64,000 nt of DNA from the NCBI GenBank assembly GCA_965113315.1, contig OZ220376.1. One strand, 5' to 3'. The translations under genes were made by a program, and so were the position numbers. A model generated the notes under the pieces. The model searched no databases, was not told the DNA's origin, and worked only from the letters and a program-made list of their open reading frames with translations. This document shows, piece by piece, positions 24,484 through 36,116 of this stretch (its first letter is position 1; each line of letters starts with the position of its first letter). Source of the DNA: Podarcis vaucheri (taxonomy: Eukaryota).

Positions 24484-25233
24484 AGTATTTCTAACAGGTA
24501 AGAGTCAAACTCCTAATCTGCAGCAACCTCTTCTTTAGTATCCTGGGAATTCTTCACTGTGTTCTTGCCCCTCTAGCTACGGCAAACCCGAGAAGCTCCC
24601 TGGCTGGTACTCAAAAGAAGCGCTAAGCTCCATTCCAACACAGATGCTGCCGCAGCTTTTTATGAATTAAATAGTAACATGTCTGCGACGGGCTCGGACA
24701 GCTGGCTCCGGGCTTTAGTTGGGTTTGTGAAGCTGCCTTAGCAAGTGAGGAGGAGCGAACTCCCAGCCTGCCACGGGGGGCATGTCCTGTTGGTGCAATG
24801 ATTAATGCACGATGGTGGATGCCAGCGCATCTTGAGTCCTAGGTGGCTGTGTAAAGTAGGTCAGCTATTTTTTAAGTCATGATTATTTTATCAATGTTCC
24901 TTTGTAAGGGGGGGATAATGTGTGTGTGTGTTTGTTTGAAAATGGCAACTTCATTAGCGATCAGCACAACAGCAGCGCTGCTTAAATGGGAAATGGGTGC
25001 TTTCCTGTCTCTCAGTTTCCACATGTGCTATCCAAGCATATATTTTATTTGCGGCATTTAAAGCCCACCTATTCCTCTTAGGGGTGCAAAGTGGCATACC
25101 TGTTTTCCACACCCATGCACCCCATAACAACACAGAGGCGGTGACTGGCCCAAGGTCACAAAGTGAACTTCATGGCTGAGTAGGGGGTTTGAACCCTGGT
25201 CTCCCAGGTCCTAGTCCAGCACTCTAACCTGTA

Positions 25234-25456
25234 CAGTGGTACCTCGGGTTACATACGCTTCAGGTTACAGACTCCGCTAACCCAGAAATAGTACCTCAGG
25301 TTAAGAACTTTGCTTCAGGATGAGAACAGAAATCGTGCAGCAGCAGCACAGTGGCAGCAGGAGGCCCCATTAGCTAAAGTGGTGCTTCAGGTTAAGAACA
25401 GCTTCAGGTTAAGAACAGACCGGAATGAATTAAGTACTTAACCCGAGGTACCACTG
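25234..25456. mobile_element. Tigger-like MITE inserted in a MIR-like SINE
   Basis: TIR CAGTGGTACCTCGGGTTA at both ends, TA TSD. Confidence 0.9.
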
Positions 25457-25537
25457 TATGCCACACTGGCTTTCCAGCATTGTTCTGTTGTGATTGCAAG
25501 CACGTGGCAACACTGAGGAGCTTGGCACTGAAGTCTT

Positions 25538-25684
25538 AGAATCACAGAATCATTATTGTAGAGTTGGAAGGGACCACGAGGGTCATCTAGCCTCACCCCC
25601 AGGAATGCAGGAATCTTTTGCCCAACGTGGGGCTCAAACCCACGACTTGGAGATTAAGAGTCTCATGCTCTGACTGAGCTATCC
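25538..25684 (-). mobile_element. tRNA-Lys(CTT)-headed SINE with CR1 tail
   Basis: Minus strand gatagctcagtcagagcatgagactcttaatctccaagtcgtgggtttgagccccacgttgggc (tRNA-Lys CTT-like) fused to a CR1 3' end. Confidence 0.75.
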
Positions 25685-26863
25685 ATCATGAGCCATCTTA
25701 CGCCTCTTTACTCAGAACAAGGTCCCCACTGTGCACAGCATCAGCCACAGCAAACACGGCCAATGGCTAGGGATGATGGGAGCTGGTAGTCCAACAACAC
25801 CTGGAGGACCATATGTCCTGGTGCGTAGGATTGCAGCCTTAACCTCCAAAAGCCTTTGAACAATTCAGTATTTATTATTATTATTTAGAGCCTCTGTATC
25901 CCATTCTTCAGCCGGAAAAGTGGCTCTTGGTATGATTTACATGCATAGTTTGTGAAAACAATACAGTCTCTACGCACCGGCTTAACAGTCTAAAAGACAC
26001 TGCATACAAGGTGAGAGGGACAGGGAGGGAAGAGGGGAAGAAAAGCAAACTCTGGTATCGGTCCTTAAAAGCTAAATGGTTCTTATATTCAGCAGGAATG
26101 GAAACAGTTCAGTGGCAAGAAGCCCAGCATGATTGAACGGGCCTTTCAGTGGCACAGATGGAGGTCAGCCCTGCTTCCCATCCTTCCCATCGAAGGCAGC
26201 CTGCTGGGATGGCAGCTACCAGCTCCTTCCACCACAACCTTCTGCCTCCGAATTCGGGAGGCTTTCTCGCTGAATTTTCAGCAGGCAATTTCATTCTCTC
26301 ACCCTGCCCTGAAACCTCCTCCTTCTGGGCTATGTTTAGAGGAGTGGTTCTCTCCCCCCCCCCCCCATTTGAGGCAGAGGACTCATTAAAAATGCAGCGT
26401 TTTCTAGGCCACGAAGCTCGCTGTTTTACTCTGGAATTAGGCTTCTCAAAGCAAATCCTTTTATCTGTTCCAGCTCAGCAGAACAAGGAACGTTGGATGC
26501 TCTCATATTTTGGGAGTGCTCAGGACTCTTCCCCACCCCCCCTCCGCTTTTTCAGATGGCAATGAGATTTGTTCAGCTTGGAGATCAGCTGATGCCTTGT
26601 CAGGCTTGGTATTTAAACTAGACAGCAGCCTGGCATCTGACTGGCTTCCACACCTCCTGCTTCTGTCTGTCATGTGTGAACCTGGACACATTTCCTGTTT
26701 AATGGATGCACTGCTTAAGTGATTAATTCTCGGAAGTGATTGGGTATGTTTCCATTCGTTTTTTCCCCCCAGACTCTGGCGGAAACAGACTTTTCGGTTG
26801 TCTGCTCAAAACCTTATATTCAGGGCTCAGTGCAGAGTTCTACATTTTATTCAAGAGCTTTTG

Positions 26864-27786
26864 TTTTTTTAAAAAAATATATTTATTGGAATTTTACAGA
26901 CGATAAAAGATTACAAAATTTAAACATAGAAAATAGAAAGTTTGAATCCCTGCAACGGGGTGAGCTCCCATTCTCAGTCCCTGCTCCTGCCAACCTAGCA
27001 GTTCAAAAGCACGTCAGAGTGCAAGTAGATAAATAGGTACCACTCCAGCGGGAAGGTAAACAGCGTTTCCGTGCACTGCTCTGGTTTGCCAGAAGCGGCT
27101 TTGTCATGCTAGCCACATGACCCGGAAGCTGTACGCCAGCTCCCTCGGTCAATAAAGCGAGATGAGCGCCGCAACCCCAGACCCAACCACGACTGGACCT
27201 AATGGTCAGGGGTCCCTTTACCTTTACCTTTATTTCTCAACCAGGTGTCCTCCAGTTGTTTTGGACTACAACTCCCATAGCCATAATAGAAAAAAGGAAA
27301 AAAAGGATACAAAAATACCAAAAACAAAACACATAAAAAGTGAAAAACAGTTAAAAAAAAGAAAAATCAGTATTTCATGTCTTATAATTCATTTACTTGT
27401 TTCCTGACTTCCTCACACCTCCCCTTTTGTATTCCCGTTTAAAATTCCTTTCAGCAAATCCTTACCCTCTATCATTTATCTTTACTCAATATCTTAACCT
27501 ATTATAACTATGTATTTTCAACCATTGTCAATCCATATTTGCATATTCTTAATAATCTTTTTGCCAATACCACTTATTTTCCATCCGACATCATTTTAAC
27601 ATTCCTTAATTTTACAGTATTTCTGTAAGTAGTCTTTAAATTTCTTCCAATCCTCTTCCACCGACTCTTCTCCCTGGTCACGGATTCTGCCAGTCATTTC
27701 TGCCAATTCCATGTAGTCCATTACTTTAATCTGCCATTCTTCCAGTGTGGGTAGATCCTGTGTCTTCCAATACTTTGCGATCAGTA
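26864..27786 (-). mobile_element. L1 LINE 3' fragment (5' truncated), interrupted by a Sauria SINE
   Basis: Perfect 17-bp TSD ttattcaagagcttttg (26847-26863, 27787-27803); minus translation ILIAKYWKTQDLPTLEEWQIKVMDYMELAEMT...WKKFKDYL is an L1 ORF2 C-terminus. Confidence 0.85.
26940..27231 (+). mobile_element. Sauria SINE (5' truncated) nested in the L1 3'UTR
   Basis: Sauria body ending ggtccctttacctttaccttt. Confidence 0.9.
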
Positions 27787-27997
27787 TTATTCAAGAGCTT
27801 TTGGTTCTTGTGGCTGTACCAGGGGGGTGAGGCATCTGCTTCATGGAGGAAGAGGGCTAGCAATGGCTACTAGCGACAATCGCTATCCTCTGCCTCCACA
27901 GTTGGAGGTAGCAATGCTTCTGAATACCAGTTGCTAGAAACCGCAGGAGAGAAGGGTGCTCTTCTGCTCAAATTCAAAATGAGCCACTTAGTCTAGC

Positions 27998-28640
27998 ATC
28001 CTGCCCTTGAGACTGACCCAGAAACTCCAGCGGGTGCATAATGCCGTGGCGAGACTCCTTACAGGGTCCTCGCAGCGGGATCACATTCACCCGGTGCTAT
28101 ACCAGCTGCACTGGCTCCTGGTGGAGTACAGGATCAGGTTTAAGGTGCTGGTTTTAACCTTTAAAGCCCTATACAGCCTAGGACCCTTGTACCTACGGGA
28201 CCGCCTCTCCTGGTATGTCCCATGGAGGACCTTACGGTCTTCAAACAAAAACATCTTGGCGGTCCCGGGCCACAGGGAGGTTAGGCTGGCCTCAACCAGA
28301 GCCAGGGCTTTCTCAGCTGTGGCCCCGATCTGGTGGAGCGCTCTGTCACAAGAGACTGGGGCCCTGCGGGACTTGACATCTTTCCGCAGGGCCTGCAAGA
28401 CAGAGCTGTTCCACCAGGCCTTTTTCCAAGGCACAGTCTGACCCCCTCCTTTGGTAATCCTCATAGAACTCTAGCCCAATTGTTGCCATGAATTTGATTT
28501 TGAATTGATTTTAAAATGAATTGATTTTAGAATGTTGTGTTACTTTTATTATTGTTGGCCGCTCTGAGCCCGGCTTCGGCTGAGGAGGGTGGGATATAAA
28601 TAAATAAAAAAAATTATTATTATTATTATTATTATTATTC
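27998..28640 (+). mobile_element. L2-clade LINE 3' fragment with intact ORF2 C-terminal frame
   Basis: ORF 28007-28441 KLQRVHNAVARLLTG...HIHPVLYQLHWL..YRIRFKVLVLTFKAL; 3'UTR and (TTA)n tail. Confidence 0.85.
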
Positions 28641-30667
28641 CATTCTCACAGTTGCCCACTAGGTGCCCATTATGAGAAAGCAGGACCCAAGGGCAAGAAC
28701 AACTCTCCTCTCCTGTGGTTTCCTGCAGCTGGTATTTAGACGCATTACTGCTTCCCAGCTGTGGAGGCAGAGCATAGCTATCATAGCTAGTAGCCATCAA
28801 TAGCCATCTCCTCTATGAATTTGTCCAATCCTTTTTAAAAGCCCATTTAGGTTGGTAGCCATCACTGCGTCCTGTGGGAGGGAGTTCCATAGTTTAGCTA
28901 TGCGCTGCATGAAGAAGGACTTCCTTTTAACTGTGCCGAGTCTTCCAACTTTGGGGAAAGCTGTTTTGGGTGGGTTTTAAGTAGGCAGTGTTTGTCAGCT
29001 GTGAGGTTCTTTCTCCACGGACTTTTATCGACTATGTTGTACAGAATTTGTTGGTGTTCTTTGGGAGCGCACACATAAACGCACACCCTCTTTAACTCTG
29101 TTGGCGGCCTCTTTATTTTAATACGTAAGCTGCCTCAAAGGAATTTTCGTCTGGAAAGGTGGCATTGGGTTGTATTAGATCTGAGCCACGAATATTTGTA
29201 CAGGGTTTTCGTAGGAAATTCTGGAGATGGGCTTTATGGCTTATTTGAATGCATAATCCTGGGCTGCAGATGTAAACTCTCTCCCTGCCCCCGCCTCCTC
29301 TGTTCTAGAAGACATTAATGGGCTGGCCTTTAGCCTCTGCTAGCTTTTAAGAAGTTTGGAAGGTATTAGCTCCTCCAGTTCTTCTTAATTGTCTTACACT
29401 TTGAATTGCAAAAAAAAAGTGCATTCTTTAAGTCTTAACTGAGACCCCGAGTTTCCATTTCAAAAAGTAAGTCTCCAGTCCTAGGAAGGAAGTTGTGGGG
29501 GTTTTTTGTTAGTGCTTTTTATGGTGCATTCTTACTATATTTGTTTTTTGATGAATTTTATGTTGGAATGGCAGGATATAAATATTCTAAATAATCCATT
29601 GTGTGCCCTTGCGTGCTGGCACGGAGCTTGGTAGATTCTACATTTTACTTCCTAGAAATAGCCTAGATGCATTTTCATGGCTAACGTCATTACTGAGTGT
29701 TAGCTCACGCGTACTAATTTAAAGCAGGTTGTATTTCAGTTGTTTGCTTGAACAACCAGATAGCTCTGCTGTGCTATACTGCCCTGTTACAATTCTGGAG
29801 CCTTTCCAATCTGGGTTCAGGCCCAATTTTGAGACTTAGACAGCCTTGGACAGGTGGAGTGTGCCGGTTTCTGCTGGACCCTTTGATAGCTTGTTTTTTA
29901 AATGACTCTTCGGTTGGCAGTGGGGGCGGGGGGCGCAATGGCCCTGAGAAATGGGGAAGCAAATTTTGGACCCGCACTAGAAACTATAGCTGGTGCAAAA
30001 TCTAGTTGCTTCATAGATCATTGCATTCCAGATCTGTATCATTTGCAATGGCTTCCTGTTCGTTTCTGGGTTCTATTAGAAGCATTAGGACAAGGAAATT
30101 TGGAGCACCTGCTTCCTCCCACATTGTTGTGTGTGGCCCTTATTCATGTAATGTTTTACTTTGAAGATCAGTGGGGCGGGGGGGGGGCACAGGCAGAGCC
30201 TGACCAGCCATAGGTGCTCTGCCACCTCCACCAATCGTGAAGAAGTGCCACCCATTTTGGGCATGTTCATGTCCATTTGGGGCAAGGTATCACCCCAAAT
30301 CTATGCAATTTACCCAAAATGTGTTCCGATGGCAGTGCTGCTTCTCCAGTGTTGGGTGCAGCAAGGGCTCACAGAAATGGCAGGAGTAGGAGGGTGGCAG
30401 CACTTTTTGTTGAAGTGGTAAAATGCGAAACACCGCTCCAGGGCACAGGAATGGGTCTTTTGGTTGCCCTTTTTCCAGAGCCCTTGGTATTAGTTGCATC
30501 CATTTAAACTTTCCTGTAAGCCATCTTCTGTGCTCTTATAAGCGCTAAAAAGGGAGGGGTATGTCATTTAAACAATTCTGCAGGTTTCTCCTCGTGCCTT
30601 AGCCTGGAATCCAAGCAGAATTAATGCTCCCTGAAAACTCATTGGCCATTCATGAATTCCTCAATAG

Positions 30668-30912
30668 CATGGGTAGGCAAACTAAGACCCAGGGGCCAGA
30701 TCCGGCCCAATCGCCTTCTAATCCGACCTGCGGACGGTCCGGGAATCAGCGTGTTTTTACATGAGTAGAATGTGTGCTTTTATTGAAAATGCATTTCTGG
30801 GTTATTTGTGGGGCGTAGGAATTCGTTCACCCCCCCCAATATAGTCCTGCCCCCCCACAAGGTCTGAGGGACAGTGGACTGGCCGCCTGCTGAAAAAGTT
30901 TGCTGATCCCTG
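30668..30912 (+). mobile_element. hAT (Charlie-like) MITE
   Basis: 8-bp TSD ctcaatag/ctcaagag; same family as 49325 and 57146. Confidence 0.85.
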
Positions 30913-33900
30913 CTCAAGAGGAACAATAATTACAACTCCTTGGGGTTGATATGATTCAACCATTAAGGGATGACAAGGAGTCTCTCCGCTAAGAACATAA
31001 GATGAATGTGCTGGATCAGACCAGCGGTCCATCCAGTCCTGTTCTTACAGTAGCCCACCACAGTGATATAAATTAGCCAGGCGCATTTTGTTTCTGGTGC
31101 TGGTCCAGTTGCGAATTTCTGGGCACCAGGTTGGCAACCACAGTTCAAAAACCTCTTCCTTACTCCATAGTTAATTCCATTTCCACTGTATATGTTTCTT
31201 CTCCTTGCATTCTCGGACAAGTGAATTGTTGTAAGAGCAAGCTACAGTCAAGCAATGTAGTTGAGACCATAGAAACGTAGCGTTGGAATCATCTGGCCCA
31301 AGCCCCCTGGTGAATAGACATTCCATTGGCAACCATAACCTAGATTTAAGCTGCTATTTGGCACCGTGTCTTGAGTTTCTGACACTGCTCACCAAATGCC
31401 AACTATGGGAAACCTACAGGAAGGATCAGAGGGCAGTGGCAACTGGCATGTAGAGGCATAATGGCTCCAACTTGGAGGCTGGACATAGCCATTGTGGCTA
31501 GTAGTCACTAATAGCCATATGGACCCTGAATTTGTCTCTTCTTCTTCTAAAGTCATCCAGGTTGGTGTCTGTGACTGCTTACTCTTGGAGAGAGTTCCTG
31601 AGTTTAACTGTGCAGAGCGTTCAGCTTCATTGGATTGCCCTGAGTTTTAGCATTATGAAAGAGAGATGAATTTTTGTTTTTGTTTTTTGGCACTCCTATC
31701 ATGTCTCCTTTGACTCTCAAAAGATCCCTTCCTCCTCCTGATTGGGCCCCCTTTTAAAGATCTTTGACATTTCTCTTCCAAATGGAGTGGTTTTAGGTTA
31801 GATGGGAAATGCAGGCGGAGGGAAAACAACTCCAGTTGCATTTTGCTGTACTGTATTAAAATTTAAAGTGCTTTTTGGGTTCTTACGGTTGGAAGGGTGC
31901 TAATTAATTCATGATTTCACTAACAGCTAAAGTGTTTGAAAAGTCAGCGTGTTTACAGTTTCTGAAATCTCATAGACTGTACGAAGTTGAGAGTCAATTG
32001 CAGCATGAAGTTGCAAGTGGGAAAAACTAGTTGAGGCTTTGGGGCGCTTCAGTTTCTGACTTAAAATAAATACCGACCCGTGATTTGTTTTTAAAACTAC
32101 GTTTCTGGATTGGGGGGAAAGAAGGTTGCTGGAGAATGTCTCCTCCGAGAAAGTAAAGTAAAGGAGCTGGATTTCTGGAAAGTGTCGGCTGTTTCTGAGA
32201 ATGATGTATGTGCAGCTTTTAAAGCCATTTCTAACACATCTTGGAATGCCTCGCTTAAGTGTGATATATGCGGTGAACTCTTCTCTTAAAAGCCTTGTGC
32301 AACGTGGCATTCACACCAGTAACAGGCACGACCTCCATTTCAACTCCAGCTGATTTCAGGCACTCAGACAAAATGTCTTTTAATTATTGTGCTTTCTACC
32401 CTGGTGCTGGGGGCATTTTGGACCTCCCGATGTTGCTGGACTACAACTCCCATGATCCCTGACCATTTTCTGTGCTTGCTAAGCCTGATGGGAGTTGTAG
32501 TCTGGCTGGCAGCATCTGGGGGTCCAGGGGTTCTCCACCCCGGCTCTGTACCAAATTGGGTTCCATGATGGATGAAAGGTGAGCTGTTAATGTATGGAAA
32601 GAAGACATTCTTTGAAAACCAGCTCCCACTGATACGTTTAACGTTCTTATCATAGCACTGTGTTTTCAGGTTATATGCCGCCTTGTGATGTTTTATATGA
32701 AAGCATGGCTTTAAAATATTAAAATAAATAAAAGTTTGCTGGGTTCGATCTGGCCCAAGGTTAAGCAGTGACTAGTACCAATTTAGGCAAACAAATTGGG
32801 GAGTAGTTTTTCCTATCACATGTCTGTAATTCCTGCATTTTAGGGGGTTGGTCTAGATGACCCTTTGTGACCCTTCCAACTCTACCATTCTATTATCTTA
32901 TGTCCAAATCCACCCAAGCCTGCTTAACTTGTCTTTCCACAAGTCTTGTCTACTCTTATGAGTTTCTGACCCCTGCCTTACAGCTGGTCAACCAGAGCTG
33001 AGTATTGTAACAGTGGAAACATATCATATTAACTCTCCCAACAATGCGTAGGAGCTACCTACTTTGGGCACTGGGGATCCAGATGGAATTTATCTTCAGA
33101 TTTTCCCCCGAGTCTCCCATTGTTAACATGAGAATATAAAGAGCCTAGCTGAGGCATAAATGAAACCAGGGCTTACAAGATCAAGGAAAATGAATGTTCT
33201 TCTTGGTAGAGAAGCCATCTTTGCTGGATGAATATCCAAGCAATTATGAACTCTGCTTCTCCCTTTGATATATTTTTCATGGGTGTGAAAGCTACCTTCT
33301 ACTTAGAAGATTTAATTGGATTCTGTCCATACAGACTGCTTGAAACTGAACTCTCTAGTTAAAAAGAAACATATCGTTGCCCGTGTAATAAAATAAAATA
33401 AAACCAATGTATTTCAAAGTAAGCTAAAACCAGTAACCTCCTGGCTTTATCTACGATGCTGTGATCTGATAAGTAGATCTTAATCTTTAGCTGCACAATT
33501 TATTGGGAACTTGGGTCCTTTGCAGGGCCTTTTAAACGGACGGGACGTGTGCAGGAGATGTTCCTGGCGGATTAGGGGCAGAGTTTTTCCATGTCCTGTC
33601 CCTTGCCTTGTGGATAAAAGGCTTTCCCTCTCTCTCTTGCAAAGTTTCTTCCTTCTAACAGAAAAACGCTGGGGACTGGACCAGCAGACTGTGTCACTCT
33701 TTGCTTCTGATGGCTTGAGCTTCATAAAGCGAATTGTGTTTCTTCTGGTCTCTGTGTGCGTATGTTCTGACAAAGCAAATCCTAAATTGGATTAGACCCG
33801 AAATGCTGCCTTTCCCCTCATTTTCAGGGAGAAATAGAATGGGCAGAATCTAGCTGAACATGGGGAAATTGTCCTCTTTCCTTTCCCAGTCTTCCACCGA

Positions 33901-36041
33901 GCCGTTAATGGAAACTGTCCAAGGGCACCTGAAGAATTATTTGCTTGAAGGCAGAGGGAGCCTAAAGGTTTTGATTCTAGCTGATTGGAGACATCTAGCT
34001 TAGTATTGTCAACTCTGGCTGGCAGCAACTCTCTAGGGTTTCAGACAAGCTTCTCTTGCATTTCCCTACCTGGAGATGCCAGGGAACATTTTGCATGCAA
34101 TGCAGGCACTCTAGGACTGAGCTCCCCCCCCAAAAAAGGGGGGGGCCTTCAGGTGGGGAATATCTGTGGCCCGCCAGAGGTTTTTAGTCTCCTATCATTC
34201 CCGGCCAACCAGACTAGTGAGTGGTCAGCAATGCTGGAAGTTGGAGTCCATCACTATCTGGAGGGCCACAGATTAGCTATGGAATTCAGGTAATCTTGGC
34301 TTAAGGTGTCTGTTTTTGGGGATGGTAGCAATTGATGATGTGCTTCTCTAGTGATGAATTTTTCACTGAAAGCTAAAGATGGTTGAAAGAATGGGAGCAT
34401 GTTGGGGGAATGCTTTCTTAGGCAATGGAAAGAGGACTCTTTTTTTAAAATAACATCAATCACAATTGTGTGTCTTTGGGGAAGATGTTATACTGCTGGG
34501 CTGTAATCATTAAAAACCCACATATCAGTGTTTACAGCAGCTGAAGCCTCTTTTTCCTTGGTTCTGTTTCTTTGCTCCAAATTATATAAGAAATGCTGTA
34601 AAAAAAATACAAAAAACAAACCACCAAACACTTGGTTGTGAGGACTTTTTTATTTTAATTTTAATAGCTATAGCTTTTTCTTTTCTCCAGCCCTGGAAGA
34701 GAACCTTAACAATTTAATGGTGCCTGATGCACTAATAAAGATGCCTGCGTGGTTACGTTTAATCCTTTAAAGAGCAGAAAAGAACACTGAAGTTATCAGC
34801 ATTCCAAAAGCAAGACACACAGACTTAAATATATGCAAAGCCTCAGAGAGGCTGGAGAAATGTACTGTGCTGCAGGAAGATCCTGACAGCCCCCTTGCAT
34901 CTTTTTGCAAAGTGAGATCTGAATTATTAAAGCTGCCTTTGTTTATTAAATTGAGCTTCTAGCAAAAGGGTTAAAGCGGAGAAATGGCACATAGACTTTG
35001 ACTATATTGGGCATAATTTTTAATGGGTGTTACATTTTTTTTGTGTGTGTGTGTCTATTACTACCTTAGGGATGTTTCAACAAGATGAGAAGAATGCATT
35101 TTGCATATTGGAAAATGGCAGCAATTTTGCCGCCTGGAGTGGGGCAAGATGGTGAAAAAAGACTTTAAAAAAGAGGTTTTGTGAAAAATGTGCACACACC
35201 CATCCAGGTTTTTGGAATGAGGTTAATAAGTACAAAATGACATTACTGAAAGTTTGTTTTCCAGTTCTGTGCTACCTTAGATCATTGGGCTGCCTTCATT
35301 TTTCTGTAGTTTCAACACTGGAGCATGGAATTCTCTTTTTGCAGTCCACTTTGTGACAAATAATTTTTCCTCTCTGCTTTGCACACCCCGCTTCAGTTTT
35401 TTGCCCTTGTGCCTTGAGAAATATGCAGATGATGGAAAATCTTGGCCATTGCAGGGGCAGAGGAAGGACCTCTCCTTTACTTGGGATCTGCAAGCCAAAC
35501 TTTTTCAGGCTCCATCTGTTCCTGTGCTCAGAAGTAGAAGAGATGAGGATAACTTGTTCCAAGAGCAGAGAGCTTGGCCCGACAGGCTTGTGCTAGTTTT
35601 TTCTTTGGTTTTTAAATCTCTCTTCCCCACCACCCACCCTTTTAAAAAAATGTAGACTTTTGAGTAGAAATCTGTAACTGTTTATTTAAAGCAAGAATCC
35701 TTTAAATATGGTTGGGGGATTTGAATCCCAAAACGTTTAATGAAAGCCCTGCCTTTTATGACACCACCGGGCAGCTGCTGGGATTAAATCTTCAATTAGG
35801 TAGGATTGCGGCAGGCCAAGCAGATTAAACTCCTTTGCAGCTGAAGCAGCTGCCTTGAGGAAATGACATTTATGCGCTTGATCCCTTTTTGAGTTTCCCG
35901 TGTCAAGCCTTGAAACATATCAGCGGGGCTGCCTTTGAGAGCAGAAGGGAGCCGCCGCTGCTGCCGAGGAGGAGGAGTTGCAGACAGCAAAACACATATT
36001 CGGGGGATCTTAACTATCTTTATTTATTTTTATTCCCCCAG

Positions 36042-36116
36042 ATGGTTACTGGAAACCTTCTTAAAAGCTTGGATTCAGAGATGCATTAGTGTTTAGAGGC
36101 CTCCTTTTGACTTAAG
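36042..36116 (+). other. GLCE: Candidate GLCE internal 5'UTR exon (75 nt)
   Basis: Long polypyrimidine tract tttatttatttttattcccccag| and strong AAG|gtaaga donor in non-repetitive sequence. Confidence 0.45.

Noticed and set aside
28007-28441. 144-aa ORF as a host gene
   Set aside because: L2-clade LINE ORF2 C-terminus followed by the element's 3'UTR and tail
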